Assembly: GCA_046563655.1 (NCBI GenBank)
Contig: CM102283.1
Span: forward strand, 9,238,001-9,302,000
Source: Yuukianura sp. NJ FZ-2021
Taxonomy: Eukaryota
Direction: 5' to 3'
DNA: 64,000 nucleotides
The position numbers and the translations under genes are program-made. The notes under the pieces were generated by a model. The model ran no database searches and had not been told where the DNA came from. It worked only from the letters and a program-made list of their open reading frames with translations. Shown one piece after another: positions 38,663 through 51,100 of this stretch. Every line of letters starts with the position of its first letter. Positions within the stretch are counted from its first letter, which is position 1.

Positions 38663-41600
38663 ATGCCTTCACCCGAAACCGAACCCAAGTTGGACAAGGG
38701 CACCGAAAAGCCAAAACGAAGTAAAGTTTTTACTGAAACGTTCAACTCCATTTCAAGACATCTATCTAAAAAATCCAAATCCAAGGCCAAACTACAGAAA
38801 GCCAAGTCTATGCAAGCTATCAACAATGGTCACACCTTAGAAGTTCCAGGATCATCTTGGGTTGGAAGCGACTCAGACTTTGAGTACCAACGACACACCA
38901 ACGTTTCTTACAAATCGGAAGAAAACGTTAAATCTTCGATTGACAGCAGCAGTGACTCCCACTCTCTGTATGCAAGTACTACACTTCCAAGATCTGCTGA
39001 CAGAAGAGTTGTCACCAGGACTAGAACGAGGTCAGAAACGTCTTATGATGATTTCGAAGATCAAGTTCCAGAAAGATGTCAAACACCAAAAATGTCCAAA
39101 AAGAAAAGTCCAATGCCTTCTCCAGCTCCAAGTCGTCGTGAAATCGAAACCAGTCCAATCGCTTCACCACGAACAAGTATTCGGTCCGAAGTTAGTCCAG
39201 TATCGTCGCTGCCACCGTTTCGTCATGCCGAAGTGGAGGCAGTCAGCCTGCACACACAAACAACTGCTCGTAAAAAATCTATGCTATGGGTAGATTTTCT
39301 AACTGAGCCTGGAATTAATGTGCTGGAGGAAGATTATGACGACATTCCAGAAACGGATGAGGAAGATCACCATTCAAATGCAAGTGAACACGACCATGAT
39401 GAAGAATTGCATGACGAATTGAAACCAATTGTCAATGGTGGACAAGAAATGGGACGACAAAAGAACAGAATCAAAGAAGATTCAACCGAAAACGGCAAAC
39501 CGGATATTTTTACAGGAGAATTTGATGTTAACGGAAAACCGAAATTCGTGAAACGTGAAAATACCGGGGGATTCGACTGTCCGCGGAGTAACTTTTTCCG
39601 GAAAAATCGGAGAGATTCGCTTGCCATCTCTCTTAGATCGGTTGTGTCCAACCGCAGTAGTAGAAGTCCAATGCTTCTATCGTGAGTTTCAAGCGATGCT
39701 TGAACTAAAGCGCTTAAGCGTTACGGTTGGTTAAATTTTCAAAAGCGCTGATTTTATATATTTGTATCTTTTCAGCGACGTGTCACGCGTACATCGAAAT
39801 GTGGACGATCTTATATTTGACATGTTCCGGGAGAAGGACGAGGAGGTCGCTATTGTCGGAACGTTTCTATCCGTGAGACAAATTTTGAAGTTTAAAAATT
39901 TGGAAAATAGTTTATATTACTTTACGAATTTTTTTTTCAAAAGGCCTTGGCGAAAACTGGATTACGAAAAGACGATCCAAGGCTGGCCGAGCTATTTGAA
40001 AACTTACGTCGAGTTCACAAGGAGCAAGAAGCAAGTTTTCCTGGAAGAGTTGGATCTATTGAAACGCTGCGCTTGGACAGAGAAACTTTCAAGGTCATCG
40101 TCACTGATAACATTGTGCTCATTTCAAAAGCATTTCGACAACAGTTTATTATTCCCGAATTTCAAACGTTTTGTGGTCACTTGGAAGAGATGTACTGGAG
40201 GTGTCGGGATGTCAAAGGCGGAAAAGTTGCAGCCTACATACCCCAATTGGTAAGTGTTACCAAAAATTTAGTACGTTTTAAATTTTTAAAACTCACTTTA
40301 ACTTTAAAATTATCGCAATTTGTGCAGGCTCGTGTGGATCCAAATCTTTGGGGCGTGTCGATTTGCACAATTGATGGTCAGCGGTTTTCAATTGGCGATA
40401 CGTCAATCCCATTTACAATTCAATCATGCAGGTAAAGTTTAACCAGTTTAGCTCAGAAGTGATAAAATTAACACTCCATTTTAGTCTAATTAGTATAATT
40501 TAAATGCTAATTTTGTGAATTTTAGTAAACCACTGACGTATGCCATTGCTTTAAACGAATTGGGGCAAGATACTGTCCATCAATACGTTGGCCAGGAGCC
40601 TTCTGGAAGAATGTTTAATGAATTGGTTCTGGACTATAACAGTAAGTTTAAAGACTCGGGAATTCCCAATGTCATGGACAAAGTAATTGGCACGTGGGGG
40701 GCGTGGCCTAATGGTACTTGGAATAAATCTCATGTCTATTTTTATAGAGAAGCCACATAATCCTATGGTGAATGCTGGAGCAATTATTGTTTGTTCCCTG
40801 CTTAAGTCAATGGTTCGACCGGAGATGAGTTTAGCTGAGAAGTTTGACTACACACATAATTACTTCAAGGTAAAGGAAATTAATTTTTGAAAAAAAAATG
40901 GAACTGCTTCACATGACTTTTTTGAATTTTAGAAAATTTGTGGAGGGGAGTATGTGGGATTCAACAATGCTGTGTTTTTATCCGAAAGAGAAGCGGCTGA
41001 CAGGAACTATGCTCTGGGTTTCTACATGCGAGAGAACAAATGTTTTCCGGAAGGAACGAATCTCCAAGAATGCATGGACTACTATTTTCAAGTAATTAGA
41101 TTAACTAATTACTTTAATTAACACTCTATAACTAATTGTAGCCTAGTAAGTTAATTGATTGATGATTAATTTAGATTTGCAGTATGGAATGCAACTGTGA
41201 AGGCATGTCTGTGATGGCTGCCACTTTGGCCAACGGTGGAATCTGTCCTGTCAGTGGAGAGAAAGTTCTCAAGTCTGAGTCTGTGCGAGATGTCCTGTCA
41301 CTCATGCACTCATGTGGTATGCTACTAAAATTAATACAATTTAACTATGTTATTATAATTATTATTATACATTTATATAAAATTAACATTGTAAATTGCT
41401 TTCTATGTAAGGAATGTACGACTACTCCGGACAATTTGCATTCAAAGTCGGTTTGCCCGCCAAATCAGGAGTTTCTGGAGCCATTATGCTAGTTGTACCA
41501 AACGTTTTTGGAATGGCCGTTTGGAGTCCATCGTTGGACGTTCTGGGAAACTCTGTTCGCGGAGTCTCCTTTTGCCAAGTATGTACTAAAAATTGGAAAA

Positions 41601-42165
41601 TATTTGTGCCTAGCAGCGCTAATTTCAAACATTCTGTGATAGGAACTTGTATCGACGTTCAATTTTCACAAGTACGACAATCTACGACATGCTTCGGATA
41701 AACTGGACCCACGTCGACATCGCTATGAAACCAAAGGATTGAACATTGTGAATCTCCTGTTCTCAGCTGCCTCTGGTGATGTAACGTCCATGAGGAGACA
41801 TCACCTCTCTGGCATGGACATGAACGCTTCCGATTATGACGGAAGGTAAGAAAAACGTTTTTCGAAAATTCTTTTCAAAAACATAACTCATTTCTTGTCA
41901 TATTCAGAACGGCACTTCACTTGGCTGCTGCCGAAGGGCACCTTGAATGTGTCCAGTACTTACTTCGTCACTGTCACGTGAGCCACTCACCACTTGATCG
42001 GTAAGTATTATCACGAGTCTTAGTACTTATTTCAAAGATTCCCGCCATTTCAAAACTGACTTTTTAAACAGTTGGAGTCATTTACCGCTGGATGATGCTC
42101 AAAAGTTTGGGCATGAAGATGTTGCTGAGTTTCTGAGAAAGTGGGCTGAGGAGCATCCAGACTGA
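38663..42165 (+). CDS. GLS: Glutaminase, kidney-type-like, with C-terminal ankyrin repeats
   Basis: Exon 38663-39681, then about 11 exons from 39776 to the TGA at 42165. Motifs: [19 protein letters not shown] (catalytic SxxK), [58 protein letters not shown]. Confidence 0.96.
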
Positions 42166-45100
42166 AATTGAGCACGAGTGCAGCTAACATCGAAAAACTG
42201 GAATTGATCACCACCAACTTCTGCAGAAATACTGTTTAACTTCAGTATTAGCAACTTAACTTTTGGTTCCGTGTAACTTAATTAGTTAATTGCAATCCAA
42301 TAATGTGAATCTCCATTTTACCAAACTCCGCCCTTTTAGTAATCTCTAGTCTCTTTGTGATCCTAAACCAACTGAAGGATTGTAAAATCGAAAGTGCTAA
42401 TGCTGCTTTAGCTGTAGTTAAAGTTAACTGCAAGTCATTTCTTTTAGTGTAAAGACGATTCAGTATGCGACTGATGAAATTGACAATATGTAGAACCTTA
42501 GAGTACTTGCCAGTACTTTGAAGTACTTAGTACTTAAGATTAGATCCTTCGAAGTTAGTTCCTGTGCAAGCACATTTTGTCAAACCTTGTCAGTTTTCTT
42601 GTCATTCCGTCTCAACTCTACTGTCAATTTGACTAACCTTTTAGCTATTCATGTGGATTAAACGTAAACAAGACGTAGTAGTTGTTATTCAAGAGCAGCT
42701 GAAAATGTTTTTCTTCAAAATTTCAAAATTGAGGGGTTTCAGTTTTCAGTTTTTTGGTAATGTTACCTAAGGTCATTCAAATTCAAAGGGTTGAAATTTC
42801 TCGTTTCGTTTTTAAGTGTACGCGCGTAAAGTGCTTTAGTACGTAAAAGGTTTTCGTTTTTTCAAGGATTTTTAACAAAAAGGAGCAGGATATAACTTGG
42901 AATAGGAAAAAATTCGGCCTTCGCGCCGTTGTTCATTGTTTAAATTTTGAAAAAAGAAGTTTTTGGTTGAAAAATGTAACCCCTTTTTACGTTTTGCGTC
43001 CTGTTGTGCTCCTGTGATGCTAACCTTGTTTTTGAAACTTTTCTAAAAGAGTGCTACAACTTTTTGTTTACGTCGTCCTTCAAAAAAGAAGGGTTCGTGT
43101 TCAAATACAGAATTCAAAATTTTTACGTTTTTCTTTCTACAAAAAATGGTGAGTCAACCAGCCTGTAATAGTTTTTCAGAAAAACAAAATCCAATTTTTT
43201 CAAAAAATTCACAGCAGATGCTTAGCGAAAACGCCACAGAAAATTTTCCCTTAGTTTTTTGAAAAATCTTGTTGTCTAGTTTTTAGGTTAGATTTTGAAA
43301 ATTAAAGCCACAAAAATTTGTAATCTTTCTATTTAATTTCAGAAACAGATTCTCAGCAGGAGATGGTTTTTTGAGCGTTCTGTTGTACACTAAACACAAG
43401 AAAATTCACGAATTCTCAGGAGAAGCTAAAATTTTGAGAAATTTATGAAAAGCTTATTCACCTCGACTAAAATCTTAAGCCTTGTGTGATACATTTGCAG
43501 TAACAAGGAAACAATTGCATGTTTCACACGATGAATTATGATAAGGAAGAATACGACTAAATCCCACCGATTACAACGCTGTCAAACCTCGGTCAGAAAT
43601 AGGATTAAGTTCACATTTTAACAAAACTCCCGTGCCAGAGGTACGTGCCCCCAAAATTTCAAAATTTAATCCCGTTTTAGAAGTTTCCCCAGAAAGAGAA
43701 ACCAAAAAATTGGTTCAAATCTGTCACTTTTCATGTTTCAATCTTTCGATTTCTGAAAATTTTGGATTCATTTTTCGCTTTAGACTTAAGGAGGTGTGAA
43801 CAAATGGAAAAATTTTGTTGACAACAAAGTTGTTGGTTTGAAATCTTCTAATACTTTTTTTTCAAAAGTTTTTTTATGAGCAGTTAAACCAACGATGGTG
43901 ATGATCTTTGTGACGCTAACTGGGAAAAAGCGGTTGACATTTTATGACGCCGCTTACTTGTGTTTATGTCCACTTTTTCAAGGGAAGGGCCTTCAAGGGA
44001 CGTGTGGAAAGTGACCTTAGACATTGACTCAAAAAACACAATAAAATTCTAAATCTTTAACCCCGTCAGTCGTAACAATTGACTTACAGTAGCAGAGGAT
44101 GAGTTATGACAAACACTTATTTTGTTTTCCTAATGACAATTACACTCTCACTTTTCAAAAAATCCCACCCACAGTTCCACGAAAAACTGTCAATCTTACG
44201 CGCTTCCGGCGCGTATTTTTTTAAATCCTAAAGTAACTCAATTCTGCAGATTCTCCCAATTCTAAAAGATCAAAGAATGAATCATGAAATCCAATTTTGA
44301 CGAATCCAATTTTTGGAAGATTTTTAGTGCGGGCGTGTCGCGTGTGATTGACGCTTAAAAAGTCGGATTTTTGGGATGATTGATTTCATTGACAAAAAAA
44401 AATGAAAAAGAGGCTCGTGTCACTTTTTTTCTTCTTTTCTAAAAAAAAGTTGACAGTTGTTGAGATAACAGGATTTGAGTTTTTCGGATTTAAAAAAACT
44501 GGATTATTGTTCCCATTGCACAATTCGAAACATCAACTCTACTGAAACTTCTTTTTTGAAAAGCAAAAGGAAAATCAACCACAGCAAGTAGCGTGAAACA
44601 GTTTATTTTTTGAGCTCTTTATTTTCGAGACAGACTCTTTTTTGAAAATTTAGAAAAACTAAATTTTGTTCTTTGACATGTGAATCTTACACCCACCACA
44701 CAACGGTTACGGAGGGCCAATAAATGAAGTGACAGCACAGGGAGATTTTCTTGAAAGAAGCTTTTTAGCTCGTAGTGTGAGGCGTCTATTCACGTCAACT
44801 TTTCGTAAGAGACGTTTTCTGATGTGTAACAATGATTAGTTCAATTCAAAATTTCAATTGTTAGTCAATTGTCATTTCTCCTGTCACACTCCCACATCCA
44901 CCCTTAAGGCACCTCCAAGGGGCCCTTAAACTCAATTCAGAAAAGACTCAAACAAGACTTCAATCTAACTGACAGTCAGTCTTGATTACGAAGTGTTCAA
45001 AAAAAGATTACCGGAAGAAGACTTTTACTGTCTAAAATTATGTTTGTTTTGCAAAATTTTCCGAAATTCGAAAGTTTCTGATTCATTTTCAAACATTTTT

Positions 45101-48100
45101 TGAAAAGTTGGAAATTTTCGAAAACATGGAGTATGGTAGCCCGTGAACGAGGGCACTTCCGCTCAGTTTTTACAACTTTTTTCAGCTGCGTGAATTTTTT
45201 GCTCCGTTATTTTTTTGTGTACAGAAAAGAAGCAAAAAAATGCCTAAAAATTTTATGCATAAAGCCTAGGATTGTCGTTGATGACACAAAAAACGGAAGA
45301 AATAAAAAGGACCCGGGTACTTAAATTTAGAAAACCGATTTTTTGGGGGACCCTTAAATAAATTGTAGACACACGCTTCAAAAAATATCGCCTCCCCGCA
45401 AAGCGTCTCTTGTCGTTTTACTCGAAAGGCTAATAAAGAACACACTCCTTGTGATTTATCCCATTCAATTCCAAGGGTCCCCCAAATCCATTCTTTTTAG
45501 AAAACCGATTTTATAAAAAGCGGGTTTTTCTAAAAATTGCGTACACACGATGCAAGGGAGGGGAGATCATGATGAGAGTCCTGCTTCCTGCACCACGTCC
45601 AGAATTTTTAAGGGTCCCCCTTCCAAGTTTTTTATTTCCAGAAAAAATAAGAACCAATCCTAAGGGGTCCCTTTTTTATGAATAACTGGAAGGTTCATGT
45701 GTGGAGTTTTTTATTCCAGTTCTCAGAAGTAGTCAAAAAGTTCTCCGCCTTCCCCGTTTTTTAAGTCTATGATGCAACCAATTCGGTCTCTCCGTTTTAG
45801 AATTTTTTGTCTAATTCTCTTTAGAAACTGTTTTTTGTACAACTTTTCTAAAAAATCTCCCTCCTTTTTTCAAATTTCAACCCTTTGAAAATAAGGCAAA
45901 GTCGGAGGGGGGTGACTTTTATGGTGCCTTGATCCTTAGCAGAAGCCCTTGAAATAAGGGCCGTCCTTGAGGCCTTGAAAAAGTGAAAGTTTCAAAAAAA
46001 AAAACAAAATTTGTGTTTCCTATTGCGTCGTGTGTCTCAAAATTTTGAATTGTCGTATTAAAAAAACGTTTCGCATGCCTAAAAGTGCTTGCCACGCATG
46101 TACGATTAAAATTCAAAAGTCATTGAACCTGTATCCATCAAAAACTATTTTCTAAAACATTTTCATTCAATTAATAAAAACATTTTTTTTTTGAAAAGTG
46201 AAATTCAATTGAGTCGAATTGAGAAAACTGCCAACGTTAACTTGCACATGCACTTTATTTGACAATTCCCACGCTTAACTTACGGAGTTCACTGCGTGTG
46301 AATGAATTCCGTTTGTTCAAAAGTTAACTTTTGAAACTGGGAATAATCAAAGTTAATTTAAGAAAACCACAAAAACTTTTGTTACTTGAAAAGCTTCATT
46401 TTAGAAGCCTAAATTCTACAGAGAATCCAAATGAAATCAAAATTGGAAGTCTTACAAAATTTTGTGTTTGACAAGTTTGACGTGGGTGGATGCAGAGGAC
46501 AGTTTTTTGAAGCGGAATTGATTTTTGGTGGTTGTTTTGAACAAGATTTGAACAAAATGAAAGTGGATATGAAACAAAATAAGGCCTTGGCAGAATAAGG
46601 GACTCTTTTATGGAGTCATTCGAGATGACAAGATCCAAGGGCTTCTCTTTAACCCAAATTCAGTTAAAAACATAATAAAAATTGAACCATATTTCAAACT
46701 CTTCAGCCTAACATATCTTTCACATCTTCCACAATTAGTTAATCTAAATTCACGTACAACTTTTTTGCCGGCGTTAGGTTAATGGTGAACTTTTGAAAAA
46801 ATTCTTCAAAAAAGACATGTTTTTTTTGTCAAAAACTATTTTTCTGAATGCATTTTACGTTAGCTAGAAGCCAAAAAAAACGAAGGAAGTGATTTATTCG
46901 ACACTTTTTTTTGAACGTTGCGTTTTTGTATAGAAAAAGTCACTTTTTTTGTCCTGGTCAATGGACAGTTCGATCTGCGTTGGACTGCAACGATTTGTGG
47001 AGTATTCATGGTCACTTTTTGTAATTTCTTGGTTCATTTTTGAAAATTTCGAAGAAAAAAAAAGTGAATAAATGTTCTGCTCGTTCCTTTTGCTTCAGTT
47101 CAAAAGAAGAAGCACTTTGTACAACTAAAAAGGTTAAGTTTTTCCAAGTAGAAACACATTTTTCTAACTTTGGAAAACTGAAAAGTTTACAAAAATCAAT
47201 TCATAAAAATCGTTCTTTGTCAAAGCAAGAAAAAGTACGCTGAATTTTAAGGGTTAGTTTCTTCTTTTTTCCAAAAGTGACCCAAACTGTCCCTCTAAAT
47301 GCTCTCTTTACACTTTCTAAAACGAATGACTTCCGTCACTTTTCAAATAAAAAATATTTCAATTCTTTGAAAACTCCATTTTTTAAAAGTTGGGTCCACT
47401 TTTGGGCTCACTGCGTACTTTAAAAAAGAGTCCAAACGCCGTTCCAAAAAGGCGTTTTCTCGAGATGGACGTAAATCACTGATTACCTTATTCTCCATTC
47501 ACACTTTTCCACTTAACAGATCCAAAAAAAAAGTTTTTATAAAAAAAATGACCTCAACAAAAGTTTAACGCGTTTACACTAACTTAAATGTTCCATTTAA
47601 GTTAGTCATATGTCAAAACCAGGAAACTAAATTAAAATATAAAACAAAATTTTAAACCCAATTTTCGAAAAAAGTTAGAAGACGTCGAATGGTGAAAAAT
47701 AAGCATTAGGAGATTTTTGTTTCTCTCGATATAGTTGCGTCACGTGTCGTTAGAAAGGCATTGTATAAATTATGACAGGAAAGTGATGTAATACGATCAA
47801 CTATTATTCTGTCATGGATCATGAATTCTTTTTTCAAAAAAAGTAAAACTTTGGTCAAAATCGCTTCTGTTTTTCGAAAAAGCTCACATTTACTTAAATC
47901 TCTCTTCTTTTGTACTTAAATTGTGCGGACAGTTGCAGAAGCGTAGTCAGTGAATAGAAAAACACTTGAATTAAAATGTGCCCACTTGTGCCTCAACACA
48001 CTCCATTTTCTCACAATTATAATTACAACAAAATCCATACTATAATGGCCATTCTATCTGCAGTATTTACGATAATCACTTTTTGAAATATCCAAAACTC

Positions 48101-51100
48101 TCCAAAAAGTACAAAACGGAAACTATTTCCAAAAAAACTTATAACAAAAGTAAAGTTTCGTTGGAGTTTTCTGCCATGATTGGAACGATGGAGGGAGAAA
48201 GTTATTCAAATTGAATCGATTTCACATTTCGTTTTTTCACATTTTGGTTTTCATTTTTACCAAACGACTGCGGTGACTTTTAGTTTGAATGGCGCAGCAG
48301 TAAGCTCTCTCTATTTAACTTTTTTTTGCTTCCAAACCGCTGCTGTGCCACTAAAATCCAATGGATTACTATACTACTTTTTTCCAAAAAACATTTTTGT
48401 CCACAGAATGAATTTTGTAGAACTGTTTTCCTCCCCCTCCTGTTTTTTATTAAATGGAACTTTTTTGAGGGTTGAGGAAATGGGAAAAAGGAGGGGAGAA
48501 AGTATCTCCCTAACGCCAACTTTCTCCCCCTTCTTTAATCACGCAAAATGAAATGGACTCTAGGATCCATTTCACCATTTCACATTTCACCATTTTTTAT
48601 CCACAACTTTCCCCATTCTGATCAATACTGCACGAAACTAGGAAATTTTGAGCAGTTTCGATTCAAAACCAAAATGGCGCCAAACTGTGAATTCCAATTT
48701 GAAAATTTGAAGTGGTAGATTACGACTGCATATTAGAGAAAAGCGATCAAAATAGTCCATATGACACTTTTCTATTTAGAGTTGCTATTTTCCATTGTTC
48801 TTCCTTCCATCTGTCAACCAAATTACAGTCGAATGAAGAGGATCAATGATAGGGCGATGATACTTTCAAAATTTATATTCTTTTACTACTCAAAAAACGA
48901 TTATGAAGAGGAAACCATTTTGAAAAAATGTTATCCAGAAAAACCGAAAAGCAATTCAGTTTCGGTTCGTCATTTTAATATTTCCTATAAATGGCGTCCA
49001 AACAATTTTCTCTTCCTGAAAAAGATGAACTGGAAAACTGCCATTCTTGTGGAAAGTTTTGCAGAAAATTTTTAATTTTCAACCGGCGCTTGAAAAAATT
49101 GTCAAAATTTGATGCGTGTAGAGACAGATGAGAGTCATAAGCTTTGCTGGAGCTTAAGTTCATATAACGAAACCAACGTATTGAATTCATTCCCTGGTTT
49201 CTATCCACCACAAGATCTGCCAGTTTTCCGAAAATCAGGAAAAAGGGGCCCTAACCTAAGAATCCACAATGGAATCACAACCACTCTACTTCTGGCCACT
49301 CTACCGTTGACATTCACTCACTCTTCGTCCAAGGGATCCCTTGCTTCGACTTCAAAAATTCAAAATTTCAAAAAAGTTTCAAAATTTCGAACCAAACGCA
49401 TCTTAACTAAATTGTTTTCTCCAAAGTTATAACTTGAGTACCCAAAGAAAGTGAGCGTGTGAAGACTTGGTAGTGGAAACATTTAACTTTTAATTAACGG
49501 AATCCCCACTCAAGTAATCATCACTCTCCATCCAGATTACAACTAATTACGAACTTAGTTAACTCATCCTCCAACTCTCAAATTCCTCAAAAAATATGCC
49601 CATGGTCCAATGAATGGTGAGTTTTAAAAATTGACTTTTCTAATGAAACTTTGTTGCGGAAATTTCTAGTTTCAGTGATTTAAAAAGTTGGTTTAAAAAT
49701 AGTTTCTAAGAAATTCATTCAAAATGGATTGAATTTTATGAAATTTGGAATGTTTAGAAATGCAATTACAAAAGGATTACGGTATCTTAAGGACAGGGCA
49801 AAACAATAAGTCAATTAAGTTGAAGGGCATTTCACTCTAACATTAAGTGGACACTAGAAAATAAGTTAAGTTTTACTATACTCAAAATAGTTAAGTTAGG
49901 TAAACTGTAATTAACTAATTGGACTTAACGAACGTAAAAGTTAACCGGTTAACTTTTTGAAATCAGTCTTTGAGTAACACTCGCTTCAAAAACAACTCAA
50001 AATTTCGAAATGAAGTTTCAAAATTTTCTAACCAACTTGACCATGAGGTCAGTCAATTTCCAAATTTAGAGACGAACTTTGCAATTTTACATGAATTACA
50101 ATTCTACAAACTTTTTTTTTCTTTTGGCTTTTAGATTGTGCTGCTCCGAGTAACTAAAAAAACTTGAACTCCATATTCACTTTTGTCAAAAAACATCAAG
50201 GTAAGCAAATTCTTTTTAATTTAGAAAAAAAGTAAGTTCTTTTTTTTTGAAGTTTTCAATAGCGGTAAACCAGTTTGTTTTACAAAAAAAATAGAGTGCC
50301 TCCCCTCCTAAACAGTAATTGGAGCTTTAGTATTAAAAAAGAGACTAAAAATTCAATTGAGTATAAAACTGAAATGTTTTATCCCGGGACAATAAAAAAA
50401 CAGGGCGTTTTATAAGGGCTGAAAAACCCGCCTCTTTGGTTTTCGGATCATAAAAAACTTCTAAAAAGAACATTGGTTTACAAGCATATAAAAAATGAAA
50501 GTCCCCCTTAAGGGCCCCTTCGCGTGCCGACGTGTGTGTCTTATTTGTTAAAAAAAACTTTGGGAAGTGTGAAACCTAATCGTTTTATTAAAACTTCAAT
50601 AAAAAAGCGGCACGCGTTGGTTGTTTAAGGGCCCTTGAAGGGTTCTGAATTGAGTAAATCTCAGGTAGCACAAACACAACAGTTTTCAAGGGGACTAAAA
50701 TAGCTCCCTTAAAAAAGGAATTTGAGAGATGAAGGGGGCCCTTAAGCTGCTTGCGGAAGGGTATTATTAGGATACCTAAACCGAAATTCGGAATGAAGAT
50801 GAAGGGCCCTTCATTTGATCCTCTTTTTACAAAACTTTTTTTTAGAAAAAGCAAATCTCACGTATTATAAAAAGTACCGGGGAGCCCTTGAGGGCTAATA
50901 ATGTCCCCTTCGGTTTTCAACATGAAAGTGAGATGTTTCAAACATGGCTTATAATTTCAAGGGCTCCTGCGGTTTTTGACTAAAATCGATTATTGTAAAA
51001 CGTACAACAAATTTTCATTACTTCTTTAAACTTTTTTAAAAACTTCAGAAATTCAAGCGTAAAATTTTTTCGTTCCGGGCATTATCTGTTTTTAATTGAG

